From contig CAZBTH010000004.1 in NCBI GenBank assembly GCA_964494885.1, positions 6,459 through 70,458 of the forward strand: 64,000 bases of DNA, in the 5' to 3' direction. The DNA comes from an uncultured Gammaproteobacteria bacterium. Lineage in GTDB: Bacteria; Patescibacteriota; Microgenomatia; UBA8517. Below, in pieces: positions 18,420-26,502 of the stretch (position 1 is its first letter; every line of letters starts with the position of its first letter). Made by a program: the position numbers and the translations under genes. The notes under the pieces are model-generated. The model had not been told where the DNA came from, searched no databases, and saw only the letters and a list, made by a program, of their open reading frames with translations.

Positions 18420-18908
18420 CTAGATGTACCCAGGCAAGAGTAAATAGATACCCAATACCCAAACCGTGGAAAATAAAAACATATAGATCTCTGGGTTTTT
18501 GGCATCCTGTTTGATTTGAAATAAATGAGAGATACTATATTTGTAAAATGGAATCAGAAATGCCCCAATACTTGTAAGTACAAAATAACATATTCCTAAA
18601 TATAGATGAACTTTCATGAACAACTGTTCTGTAATTATCGATGCAAGTAAACCGGACAGCGATCCTGCAAAAAATACCCAAAAGATCACAAATGGAATCT
18701 GCAAAGTTCCTACTACATACCAAACGAACACGACTTGCAGAACCATGATCAACAATAGACCAAAGTTAAATATCCGACCATATACCTTATGGGCACCAAA
18801 ATCACTAAATGCTTGAATATTAACTAGTCCGAATTTTATCCAAGGAATAATAACCAAAAGCCCCCACATCAAGACGATTCCCAACAGTCCCGAGTAATGA
18901 ATAAACAC
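18420..18908 (-). CDS. small polytopic membrane protein
   Basis: 162 aa, 4-5 TM; co-directional and adjacent to 17391-18416. Confidence 0.5.
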   Translation of the reverse strand: MFIHYSGLLGIVLMWGLLVIIPWIKFGLVNIQAFSDFGAHKVYGRIFNFGLLLIMVLQVVFVWYVVGTLQIPFVIFWVFFAGSLSGLLASIITEQLFMKVHLYLGICYFVLTSIGAFLIPFYKYSISHLFQIKQDAKNPEIYMFLFSTVWVLGIYLLLPGYI

Positions 18909-18931
18909 GTGTTAAGTATATAATAATCAAA

Positions 18932-19843
18932 ATGCCTAAACAGTATCCAATCGACATCAGACAAACATACAATTATGCAGAGTTTCTTAAATCGGAGGGG
19001 TGGATTGTTGAAAGAATAGACAACATAAATTATTTTATCCGCAAGTTTCCGATTGTGGGATCCATACTAAAACTTCAGCGGCCTAAAACTATCAATTACC
19101 AATTCATCGATGAATTGGTAAAGAGATATAGAGTTTTTCATTTGATAATTGAGCCCTTAAATGAACTTCAAGCAGAATCTTTGTCTCAAAATGGATTCAA
19201 ATTGTCAAAAAGCCCGTATTTACCGTCCAAAACGCTACAAATTGACTTGACCCAGTCAAGAGAAAAAATCTACGCAAATTTTACAAAAGATTGCAAATAT
19301 GCAATTCGAAAGGCCGAAGGTCCTGAGCGAAGTCGAAGGAGGGGAGGGGTTTTCATAAAAGAATACTTAACCCCCGATGAAATTAAAAAGTGGCGTGAAG
19401 CGTGGAAAAATTCTGTTAAATTTGATAGATATGTGCCAGGCGCCGAGCAACTTTTAAACATCAAAAAAAGTTTTCCACAAAACGGTTCTCTTTTCCTTGC
19501 GTCGCACAATATTTCTGGCAGAATTATAGGAGGAGCGCTTTTCACGGTCTCTTCACACGATGTATCAAACTATATCACTTACTATTGGTATGGATTTACG
19601 AATAAGGAAGGCCGCACTTCCCTCTCCCAGTACTCTCTCCTCTATCAAGGTATACTATGGGCTAAAAGAATGGGTTGTAAAGTTTTTGATTTTGGGGGAA
19701 TTTATGATGACCGCTTCCCAAATAAATCCTGGCTCGGCTTTACTCATTTCAAGAAGTCTTTCGGAGGTCTCGAAGTTCCCTACCCCGGGGCCTATACTAA
19801 AAATGTGCTATTATTTGGGCTGTGGAACAGCAAGAGACAGTGA
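18932..19843 (+). CDS. FemAB-family aminoacyltransferase (second copy)
   Basis: 303 aa; FemAB-like layout, C-terminal KRMGCKVFDFGGI comparable to the other copy. Confidence 0.6.
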   Translation: MPKQYPIDIRQTYNYAEFLKSEGWIVERIDNINYFIRKFPIVGSILKLQRPKTINYQFIDELVKRYRVFHLIIEPLNELQAESLSQNGFKLSKSPYLPSKTLQIDLTQSREKIYANFTKDCKYAIRKAEGPERSRRRGGVFIKEYLTPDEIKKWREAWKNSVKFDRYVPGAEQLLNIKKSFPQNGSLFLASHNISGRIIGGALFTVSSHDVSNYITYYWYGFTNKEGRTSLSQYSLLYQGILWAKRMGCKVFDFGGIYDDRFPNKSWLGFTHFKKSFGGLEVPYPGAYTKNVLLFGLWNSKRQ

Positions 19844-20181
19844 CTAGCGATACAGAAAAAGCGAAAAGATTGGCCAGAAAAACATTCGGAAATCTCTTAA
19901 ACGAATCTCGTTGGATGAGAGCAGATGGCGAAGACCACTGTGCAAAATGCTGGGAAGAATATCTGAAGCTCTTCGGGGAAGACGAGCGTGTTAGGATCGC
20001 TGATGATTCGATCAGAACCGCACAAATGTTGACAAGTGCCCCAGATACATTAAGGGCAAGTGACGGTTGGTATGCTTCATGCCAAGGATCCGAACACTTG
20101 AAATCTTGCCCGGATAAAGCAAGTGTTTTTGTTTCCGACGACTTGTTGACAATTGAGGTTAATGGAAAAAAACAAGTTTAA
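19822..20181 (+). CDS. hypothetical protein (119 aa)
   Basis: ORF; Cys/His pairs (HCAKCW ... SCPD) could bind metal; REP-like palindrome follows stop. Confidence 0.4.
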   Translation: MEQQETVTSDTEKAKRLARKTFGNLLNESRWMRADGEDHCAKCWEEYLKLFGEDERVRIADDSIRTAQMLTSAPDTLRASDGWYASCQGSEHLKSCPDKASVFVSDDLLTIEVNGKKQV

Positions 20182-20188
20182 TCATCAC

Positions 20189-20216
20189 CACTTAAATACT
20201 GTACAGTATTTAAGTG
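20189..20216. repeat. 28-bp perfect palindrome CACTTAAATACTGTACAGTATTTAAGTG (REP-like copy 1)
   Basis: perfect self-complementarity; 8 nt after stop of 19822-20181; near-identical copy at 25894-25920. Confidence 0.85.
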
Positions 20217-20265
20217 CCTATCAAAAACTTACATTTTTCCAGCCAAATAAGTAATAATATTAATC

Positions 20266-20766
20266 ATGGATTTAGAGGAAGAGATCAAAAAACTCAAAGA
20301 AAAAGGGCCCGATAACCCATTGCCCCAGTCGAAAATGGCAGCCATTCTCGCCTCTACTCTGGACCAGGCCGCAACACAGTGGGCTTTTAAAACTTATTGG
20401 GATAGGAAGTTTCTTAAACTTGCCAAAATAGATTCTCTAAATCAAACAGAAAAAGATAGAGTTTTTAATGAATTGATTCTTGCCCCTGAAATCTTAATCA
20501 AGGCTGCCTGTCAAATTTGGAATAATGAAGAAGTAAATACGACCCTCCCCCCATTTGCCATTGCCGTACTTTGCCATAAACACATCTTAAGGAGTAAAAC
20601 AAAGGGGAAAGATTTACTTTTTAAGCTTATTTTTAAAAATCTTGGACGTTTTTATACAGACACCCTGATCACAATTGGACAAGGAAAGATAAAAACTTCA
20701 ACAAAAATTAAAATAAAACTCAGACATTTGGCGAACGACTTTAAAGAAAATTTTGATAAAAACTAA
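20266..20766 (+). CDS. hypothetical protein (166 aa)
   Basis: ORF flanked on both sides by palindrome copies; Lys-rich C-terminus. Confidence 0.45.
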   Translation: MDLEEEIKKLKEKGPDNPLPQSKMAAILASTLDQAATQWAFKTYWDRKFLKLAKIDSLNQTEKDRVFNELILAPEILIKAACQIWNNEEVNTTLPPFAIAVLCHKHILRSKTKGKDLLFKLIFKNLGRFYTDTLITIGQGKIKTSTKIKIKLRHLANDFKENFDKN

Positions 20767-20774
20767 GCCTAATT

Positions 20775-20802
20775 ACTTAATTACTATACAGTATTGAAGT
20801 GG
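20775..20802. repeat. diverged copy of the 28-bp palindrome (ACTTAATTACTATACAGTATTGAAGTGG)
   Basis: 3 mismatches to the consensus; lies between convergent gene ends. Confidence 0.6.
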
Positions 20803-20857
20803 CCGATCTCCAACTAATTGCATTTAAGTAGAAATCAGCATGATTGCTTTCAAATAA

Positions 20858-23833
20858 CTACTGGTCTGATTTACAAAACATTGAAAACTCACACTTACCC
20901 TGACAGAAAAAGTTGTTGTTGCATTTAAAATCGGAGTTTTCGATTTTGTCGCGAATCTCAAGAATTTCTTCTTTCACTTTTTCTAATTGTTCAACGGTTC
21001 TTGTTGTCGTAATTTTTTCTTGTGTATCCAAATAATAAAGTGAGAGTTTAATATCTTCCGGATTTATCTTGCGGATAGAGCTCATTGCCAGCGCGTAGAA
21101 AGAAAGTTGTAAATCTTTATCAACTTCTTTTTGTGTTGGGATATTGGCGCCGGTTTTATAATCAATGATTTCTATTCGTCCTCCACCCAAGTCATCAACC
21201 CTGTCGATTGTTCCACCGATCCGTAAGGATCGTCCTGAACTCGTTTCAGGACCTAATGGTAAAACAAATTTTTCCTCAAGTAAAATAGTTTTTGTTTTTG
21301 GATTGTATCCATTCTTTAGAAAACCAAGAAGATATCCCTCGCCCTTCTTGTAAAATTCTGCTTTGTGTTTTTTATTTAAATATCCTTCTTCGAGGAAAGA
21401 TTCTTTATATATTTCAATCAATCTTTCCGAAGAACCCCTCGAAGCCTTGCGCGAAGTGGGGCTTGATTGCATTTCCTGATAAAACTTCTTTAAGGTCTCG
21501 TGTATCGATACACCAAAACTTGATGACGCTGAAGGTTTTGTAGGAAGTTTGTAAATATATTTTAATTTATAATGCAATGGACATGTTTGAAATGTTTCGA
21601 CCTGAGAAACTGACAAGTAATCTATTTTTGGTATCTTGTAGCTAGTAGTTGGTAGTAAGGTTTTTGCCGTCTGGTTCTCAATTCTGTTTGTCTTGCTAAC
21701 TACCAACTCCTTACCACTTGCTACGTCTGCCCCCAAGGTCTCAAAAACGAACGGCGAAATTTTCTTCTTCCTCTTCGCTTCTCCGTAAAAATCCGCCGCA
21801 CTAAAGTACAATTTTTCCTTTGCCCTTGTCATCCCCACATAGAAAAGTCTTCGCTCCTCCTGCAAATGAAAATCACCCAGTGGCAAAACTTCTTTTATTA
21901 ATTCTTGTGGAATCGGTATTTGTTCATGGCGTTCGCGTCCAGGAAATCTTTCCCCTACCAGATTGACCAAAAACACGACGGGAAATTCAAGGCCTTTCGA
22001 AGAATGAACTGTCAAGATATTTACGGCGTTATTTTCCTGCCAATCCCCGTCTGTTACATTCGGGCTCTCCCCCATCTCAATTAACAAGTCAATATAATCG
22101 ACAACTGCCGTAACTCCCGCATCTTTGACCGAATCCTCGTATGTCTTTATCTTCTCAAATAACTTGGCGATGTTTTTCGCTTTAATATCCTCTGAATTTT
22201 CTACCAACTTTTGTAGCAACCCAACTTCCTGAATGTAGTCATAAAGTATTTCTCCAGCGGTTTGTTTCTTAAGTAATTTAAGATGCTTATCTATTATTGA
22301 TAATAATTTTCGAATCACTTCTATATCTTTATCGATAAAGATTCGCCCTTCCGAAGCCTTTGGCGAAGGAGGGTTGATCGTTTCTTGTGCAACTTCAAAA
22401 AACGACAAACTTCGCTTTTTTGCGGCGGATGAAATTTTAATAAGTTCCAATGGGGATATATCAAAAATGTCGGACGATAATAATCTATAAAAAGACTCAT
22501 TATCCTCCGGGTTATATAAAACCTTAAGATACGAAATTAGATCCAATATTTCTTCTTTTTCAAATAAATTGCTTGGTCCTAAAAATTGGTTTGGTATCCC
22601 TTGCCTTTCCAGCTCCCGAATAAATGGATCGGCGTGATTATTTGCTCGCACCAAAATCGCGATATCCGAAAAGTTGTAGCTAGTAGCACGTAGTTTGTAG
22701 CTAGGATTTGTTAATTTTGATATTTCTTCAACCACCCTAACTGCTTCATCACCCACATTTCCTGTATGAAAAAACTCTATGTTGTTTTTACTAGCTACTA
22801 GCTGCTTATTACTAGCTACTAATTTCTTATTGATTCCCTCCACCACCTCCAATCTGTCCGGATTGTTGTGTTGAATTAAATCGTACGCTCTATCTAAAAT
22901 TTCTTGAGTCGAACGGTAATTTTTAGTCAGTACTATTATCCGAGTTTTTGGGAAAAACTTCCTGAATTGAACAATATTTGACACTGCTGCGCCACGGAAA
23001 CGGTAAATGCTTTGATCATCATCCCCAACCGCTGTGATGTTTTCGTTTTTCCCCGCAAGAAGAATAGCTAACTGGTTTTGGGCAAAGTTCGTATCTTGGA
23101 ATTCATCAATCAAAACATATTTAAACTTGTCCTGAATTTGTTTCAGGATGTTGGGCCGCTCCCTAAACAGTTTAATCGTGTTTGTTATCAAGTCTCCAAA
23201 GTCTGAAAAATTATCTCTAATTTTGATTTGGTTATATTTAAAATATGCTCTTGAAAGTTCGTCTTGCTTTTTAAAATCCGATTTTTCATCCTCCGAAGCC
23301 TTGGCGAAGGAGGACATTACGTTTTTTGAGTATTTGAGATATTCCTCCGGAGTTACACATTCATCCTGCAGTCTACTAAAGTGTTGCAAAAGTCCATCAA
23401 TAAACTTATTTGGATTTCCAAGTGGTCTGAAATAATCCAAGTCTAATTCGAATAGATTTTTACGGACCAAATCAATCGCCTGCGCCTCTGTCATCAATTT
23501 ATATGATGGGGATAGTCCAATGTGAATTGCGTTGTCACGGAGAATTGCATCGCAGAAAGAATGGAAAGTCATAACCCACATTTGGGTATAACCATAAGGC
23601 ATCGCAACATCAATCCTTTCTTCCATTTCTTTGGCCCCTTTTTCTGTGAAGGTTAGCGCCAATATTTCCTCGGGTTTGGCCAACCCGCTCATTATTAAGT
23701 GTTTTACACGCTCGGAAATTACGGTCGTCTTCCCTGTCCCGGCTCCAGCAATAATAAGAAGTGGTCCATTACCAAATTTTATTGCCTCTTGCTGTTCTTT
23801 GTTTAACTTCAAATCAGAAATATCTTTGGACAC
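20858..23833 (-). CDS. UvrD-family helicase fused to C-terminal PD-(D/E)xK nuclease with Cas4/AddB-like Cys cluster
   Basis: Walker A AGAGTGKT, DEFQDTN, VGDDDQSIYRFRGA, VHSSKGLEFPVVFLV, RRLFYVGMTRAKE; C-terminal QTCPLHYKLKY...IIDYKTG...CNNNFFCQGKCEFSMFC. Confidence 0.85.
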   Translation of the reverse strand: MSKDISDLKLNKEQQEAIKFGNGPLLIIAGAGTGKTTVISERVKHLIMSGLAKPEEILALTFTEKGAKEMEERIDVAMPYGYTQMWVMTFHSFCDAILRDNAIHIGLSPSYKLMTEAQAIDLVRKNLFELDLDYFRPLGNPNKFIDGLLQHFSRLQDECVTPEEYLKYSKNVMSSFAKASEDEKSDFKKQDELSRAYFKYNQIKIRDNFSDFGDLITNTIKLFRERPNILKQIQDKFKYVLIDEFQDTNFAQNQLAILLAGKNENITAVGDDDQSIYRFRGAAVSNIVQFRKFFPKTRIIVLTKNYRSTQEILDRAYDLIQHNNPDRLEVVEGINKKLVASNKQLVASKNNIEFFHTGNVGDEAVRVVEEISKLTNPSYKLRATSYNFSDIAILVRANNHADPFIRELERQGIPNQFLGPSNLFEKEEILDLISYLKVLYNPEDNESFYRLLSSDIFDISPLELIKISSAAKKRSLSFFEVAQETINPPSPKASEGRIFIDKDIEVIRKLLSIIDKHLKLLKKQTAGEILYDYIQEVGLLQKLVENSEDIKAKNIAKLFEKIKTYEDSVKDAGVTAVVDYIDLLIEMGESPNVTDGDWQENNAVNILTVHSSKGLEFPVVFLVNLVGERFPGRERHEQIPIPQELIKEVLPLGDFHLQEERRLFYVGMTRAKEKLYFSAADFYGEAKRKKKISPFVFETLGADVASGKELVVSKTNRIENQTAKTLLPTTSYKIPKIDYLSVSQVETFQTCPLHYKLKYIYKLPTKPSASSSFGVSIHETLKKFYQEMQSSPTSRKASRGSSERLIEIYKESFLEEGYLNKKHKAEFYKKGEGYLLGFLKNGYNPKTKTILLEEKFVLPLGPETSSGRSLRIGGTIDRVDDLGGGRIEIIDYKTGANIPTQKEVDKDLQLSFYALAMSSIRKINPEDIKLSLYYLDTQEKITTTRTVEQLEKVKEEILEIRDKIENSDFKCNNNFFCQGKCEFSMFCKSDQ

Positions 23834-23906
23834 AGTCGCATTTTAACAGAAAAGTATTATATAATCCGAGTCGTAAGCACCTTGTCAGCAAAAAAAGGAG
23901 AACGAA

Positions 23907-24362
23907 ATGACAAAAGTTTCAACGTTGATTAACGCAACCCACAAGGACCCCTCCGTTATTTACAGCGTGGGTCCAAAGACTCTGGTTTCGGAAGCATCTG
24001 CGCTGATGGAAGAAAAGAACATCGGAGCGCTTCTGGTAATGGATGGAAAGACTCTATTGGGGATAGTAACCGAGCGTGATATTACCCGCAAGGTTGCAAA
24101 ATACCCCCGGGTGAACTCCGGTGTTATTAAAGTATCGGCCGTGATGACTGCAAACCCGGAGACAATAACTCCGAACACCCAACTGATCGATTGCATGGAA
24201 CTGATGAAAGAAAGAGGATTCCGTCACGTACCCGTAATTGATAACGGTGAAGTTGTCGGCATCGTCTCCATGCGAGACGTCCTGATTGCCTTGGTGCGCT
24301 ATCAAGAATTGGTTGCACAGAACCTTCAAGATTACATCACGGGTTCCGTCTACCGCGGGTAA
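23907..24362 (+). CDS. CBS-pair domain protein
   Basis: two CBS motifs (GALLVMDGKTLLGIVTERDI; RHVPVIDNGEVVGIVSMRDV). Confidence 0.8.
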   Translation: MTKVSTLINATHKDPSVIYSVGPKTLVSEASALMEEKNIGALLVMDGKTLLGIVTERDITRKVAKYPRVNSGVIKVSAVMTANPETITPNTQLIDCMELMKERGFRHVPVIDNGEVVGIVSMRDVLIALVRYQELVAQNLQDYITGSVYRG

Positions 24363-24482
24363 CAACCCAAACCAGCCTCTTTCATTTTTGAAAGTTAAAA
24401 ATGAAATGCTGGTTATTTTTTTGCCTATCACAACCGCCCCCGCCGACAATCGTTTGCCGGCGAGGGCCAAATATTTGACCTT

Positions 24483-25007
24483 TCAGCCTTTTATTGCTGA
24501 TTCTATTAAATCTTTTGGAAGAGAAGCTGTTGCCATCAAAGCATCCCTTACAGACTTACCGGCTTCTGAACCAACACCATCAGCCGCTTTTATCGCAGAG
24601 GTAACTGCTTCTTTGGTAGCTTCACCTGTATCTTTTCCAACCTTACCGACAGCTTCAATCGCTCCTTCGACTGCAGAAACCGCCACTTTACCAACATCTT
24701 CTCCGACTTCAGATGCAGCCACAACTGCTCCGGAAACTGCTTTACCGGAAGCTGAAATCACATCTCCCCCGGTTTCTGAAACGGCCGCAACCGCCGTTGA
24801 CACGGTATCGTGTACAGCGTCGAGAAGTGCAATGCCCATATCTTTCGCCGAAAGAACTCCGGCGGCGACGACATCGGAAACGTCTTTAGCGCTTCCAACA
24901 ATTTGTGTTTTTACACCATCACGAAGGGCAGATAAAACATCGGACGCACCCTTAAGTGTAGCGACCATCACACCTTTTATTTCGTTAACTATTGAACTTA
25001 ATGCCAT
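24483..25007 (-). CDS. Ala/Gly/Val-rich repetitive protein (LEA/phasin-like composition)
   Basis: 174 aa; strong RBS GGGGGTGA 8 nt upstream of ATG; periodic A/V/G with D/E/K; locally GC-rich DNA; antisense ORF 24286-25074 judged artefact. Confidence 0.55.
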   Translation of the reverse strand: MALSSIVNEIKGVMVATLKGASDVLSALRDGVKTQIVGSAKDVSDVVAAGVLSAKDMGIALLDAVHDTVSTAVAAVSETGGDVISASGKAVSGAVVAASEVGEDVGKVAVSAVEGAIEAVGKVGKDTGEATKEAVTSAIKAADGVGSEAGKSVRDALMATASLPKDLIESAIKG

Positions 25008-25108
25008 AAATATTTCACCCCCAATCTATTTTGTTACTAACTTGTTACTGTTTTGTAACGCTATATTAATTTAATATATTGGTAACCATGAAGTCAACTG
25101 GTTTATTT

Positions 25109-25417
25109 TTATTTGCTTTCAGATTCGTCAATTAACAACTTAAATTGTTCCCATATTTTGCCAATGTTTTCTTCATTCCACTCTCTTTTAGTCGAGTTTC
25201 TAACAAATTTTCTAATTTTATCTCGGCTTAACACACCATCAGTTGAAAACCGATCAAACGAATCCAAGACTCTTTTAAGCTGGTCGCGACCCGATTCATA
25301 ATCTAGTCTGTCCCACGTAACACCATCTATATTATTGTGAGTGGCTAAAGCATTTCTTGCTTCGTGTATAAACCAGTCAGTCAAATCTCTAGAACGCAAA
25401 TCGTCAAACTCTTCCAT
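25109..25417 (-). CDS. hypothetical protein (102 aa)
   Basis: ORF, predicted helical, acidic. Confidence 0.45.
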   Translation of the reverse strand: MEEFDDLRSRDLTDWFIHEARNALATHNNIDGVTWDRLDYESGRDQLKRVLDSFDRFSTDGVLSRDKIRKFVRNSTKREWNEENIGKIWEQFKLLIDESESK

Positions 25418-25496
25418 GTTTTTAATTAAGCAATAACTTTCGAATTTTTGGTCCAGACCTTGAAATTATTAAAAAAGCAAATCCAGTTTTGATTAA

Positions 25497-25883
25497 TCAT
25501 TTTTGTTCAATTATCTGTTTTAACTTCTTAAGTATATCCATTGTAAATGGCCCATCGAGCTCCCCTTCATCCATCCATTCATAATATACAAGTTCAGTTC
25601 GGTTATCGGGCTGTGGTACAAAAGTGTATTGAACGTGATAAGTACTACCAATTTTGTCAAATTTAAAAATTTTATTTACTTCAAACCTAGAAACCACGTA
25701 TTCTGACCAGCCAACCCCATCGCTGGTATTTTTATAAATAGTCCCTATTTTAACAGGCCATTCATTAGTAACTTCTTTAGAAATATTAGGAACCCACAAA
25801 TGTGTATTATTTGGATTCGTTGCAAATTCAAAAACTTCAGCAACTGGTTTATCTATAAAAATTTTTAATTTAAGATCTTTCAT
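25497..25883 (-). CDS. SRPBCC (Bet v1/START-like, polyketide-cyclase fold) protein
   Basis: 128 aa; size and hydrophobic pattern of SRPBCC ligand-binding fold; palindrome centred ~27 nt upstream of start. Confidence 0.55.
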   Translation of the reverse strand: MKDLKLKIFIDKPVAEVFEFATNPNNTHLWVPNISKEVTNEWPVKIGTIYKNTSDGVGWSEYVVSRFEVNKIFKFDKIGSTYHVQYTFVPQPDNRTELVYYEWMDEGELDGPFTMDILKKLKQIIEQK

Positions 25884-25893
25884 TGTTCATAAA

Positions 25894-25920
25894 TACTTAA
25901 ATACTGTACAGTATTTAAGT
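25894..25920. repeat. 27-bp copy of the palindrome (ACTTAAATACTGTACAGTATTTAAGTG) overlapping stop of MBL gene
   Basis: identical core to copy at 20189-20216. Confidence 0.85.
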
Positions 25921-26502
25921 GGAAACTTTAAACATTTTTCCGTGTCCTGGAATTATAAAGTGCGCTTTGGATAATACCAATTTTCTTGATGCAAGAAGCG
26001 CCTCTTTGTCATTAGCAAACGGGTCTTCTAAATTTAATAAATCATCCATATTATCCGATTTTTGTTTTCCATCCTCCCACCAGAAAACATCTGGACAAAT
26101 ACAAACCACACCATCTTCAGTTCTAATTAAAAGAGACGTATCTTCTGTGGCATGGCCTGGAGTTTTTAATATTTCTACTTCAACTTCCGGCAATTTCCCT
26201 TGATGAAAAATTTCTTGGTCCCCTCTCCAACAAATCTCGCCATCATAAATATCCAGATTTGGAAAAAGCCTGGTATTTAGCCAATGATCCGGATGATAGT
26301 GACTTATGTAAATAAAAGACAAATCACGTCCACCAATATTCTCTTTCTCTAGAGCTTTTAGAAGTTTTTCCCTACTTGTTCCCGGATCGACCAAAAACTT
26401 TTTTCCATTCGACCCAACTAGTGTGCATGTTGGACTGGCGGTATAACTTCCATCCTCATTTGGGTGTGCATACCCTTCAACCAATACTTTTACTCTATTC
26501 AT
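25915..26502 (-). CDS. MBL-fold metallo-hydrolase
   Basis: HYHPDH (HxHxDH) motif, downstream His/Asp ligands (TPGHATEDTS; PGHGK). Confidence 0.8.
   Translation of the reverse strand: MNRVKVLVEGYAHPNEDGSYTASPTCTLVGSNGKKFLVDPGTSREKLLKALEKENIGGRDLSFIYISHYHPDHWLNTRLFPNLDIYDGEICWRGDQEIFHQGKLPEVEVEILKTPGHATEDTSLLIRTEDGVVCICPDVFWWEDGKQKSDNMDDLLNLEDPFANDKEALLASRKLVLSKAHFIIPGHGKMFKVST

Noticed and set aside
20189-20216. Palindrome as an E. coli-type LexA box (CTGT...ACAG)
   Set aside because: The CTGT and ACAG halves are adjacent (CTGTACAG), not separated by the 8-nt spacer of the gammaproteobacterial SOS box. This phylum would use a different LexA motif anyway.
24286-25074. 262-aa plus-strand ORF (Ala/Thr/Ser/Pro-rich)
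   Set aside because: It is antisense to the Ala/Gly/Val-rich gene and exists only because of the GC-rich repetitive codons. It has no RBS, and its 5' end overlaps the CBS gene by 77 nt. The minus-strand ORF has a strong RBS.
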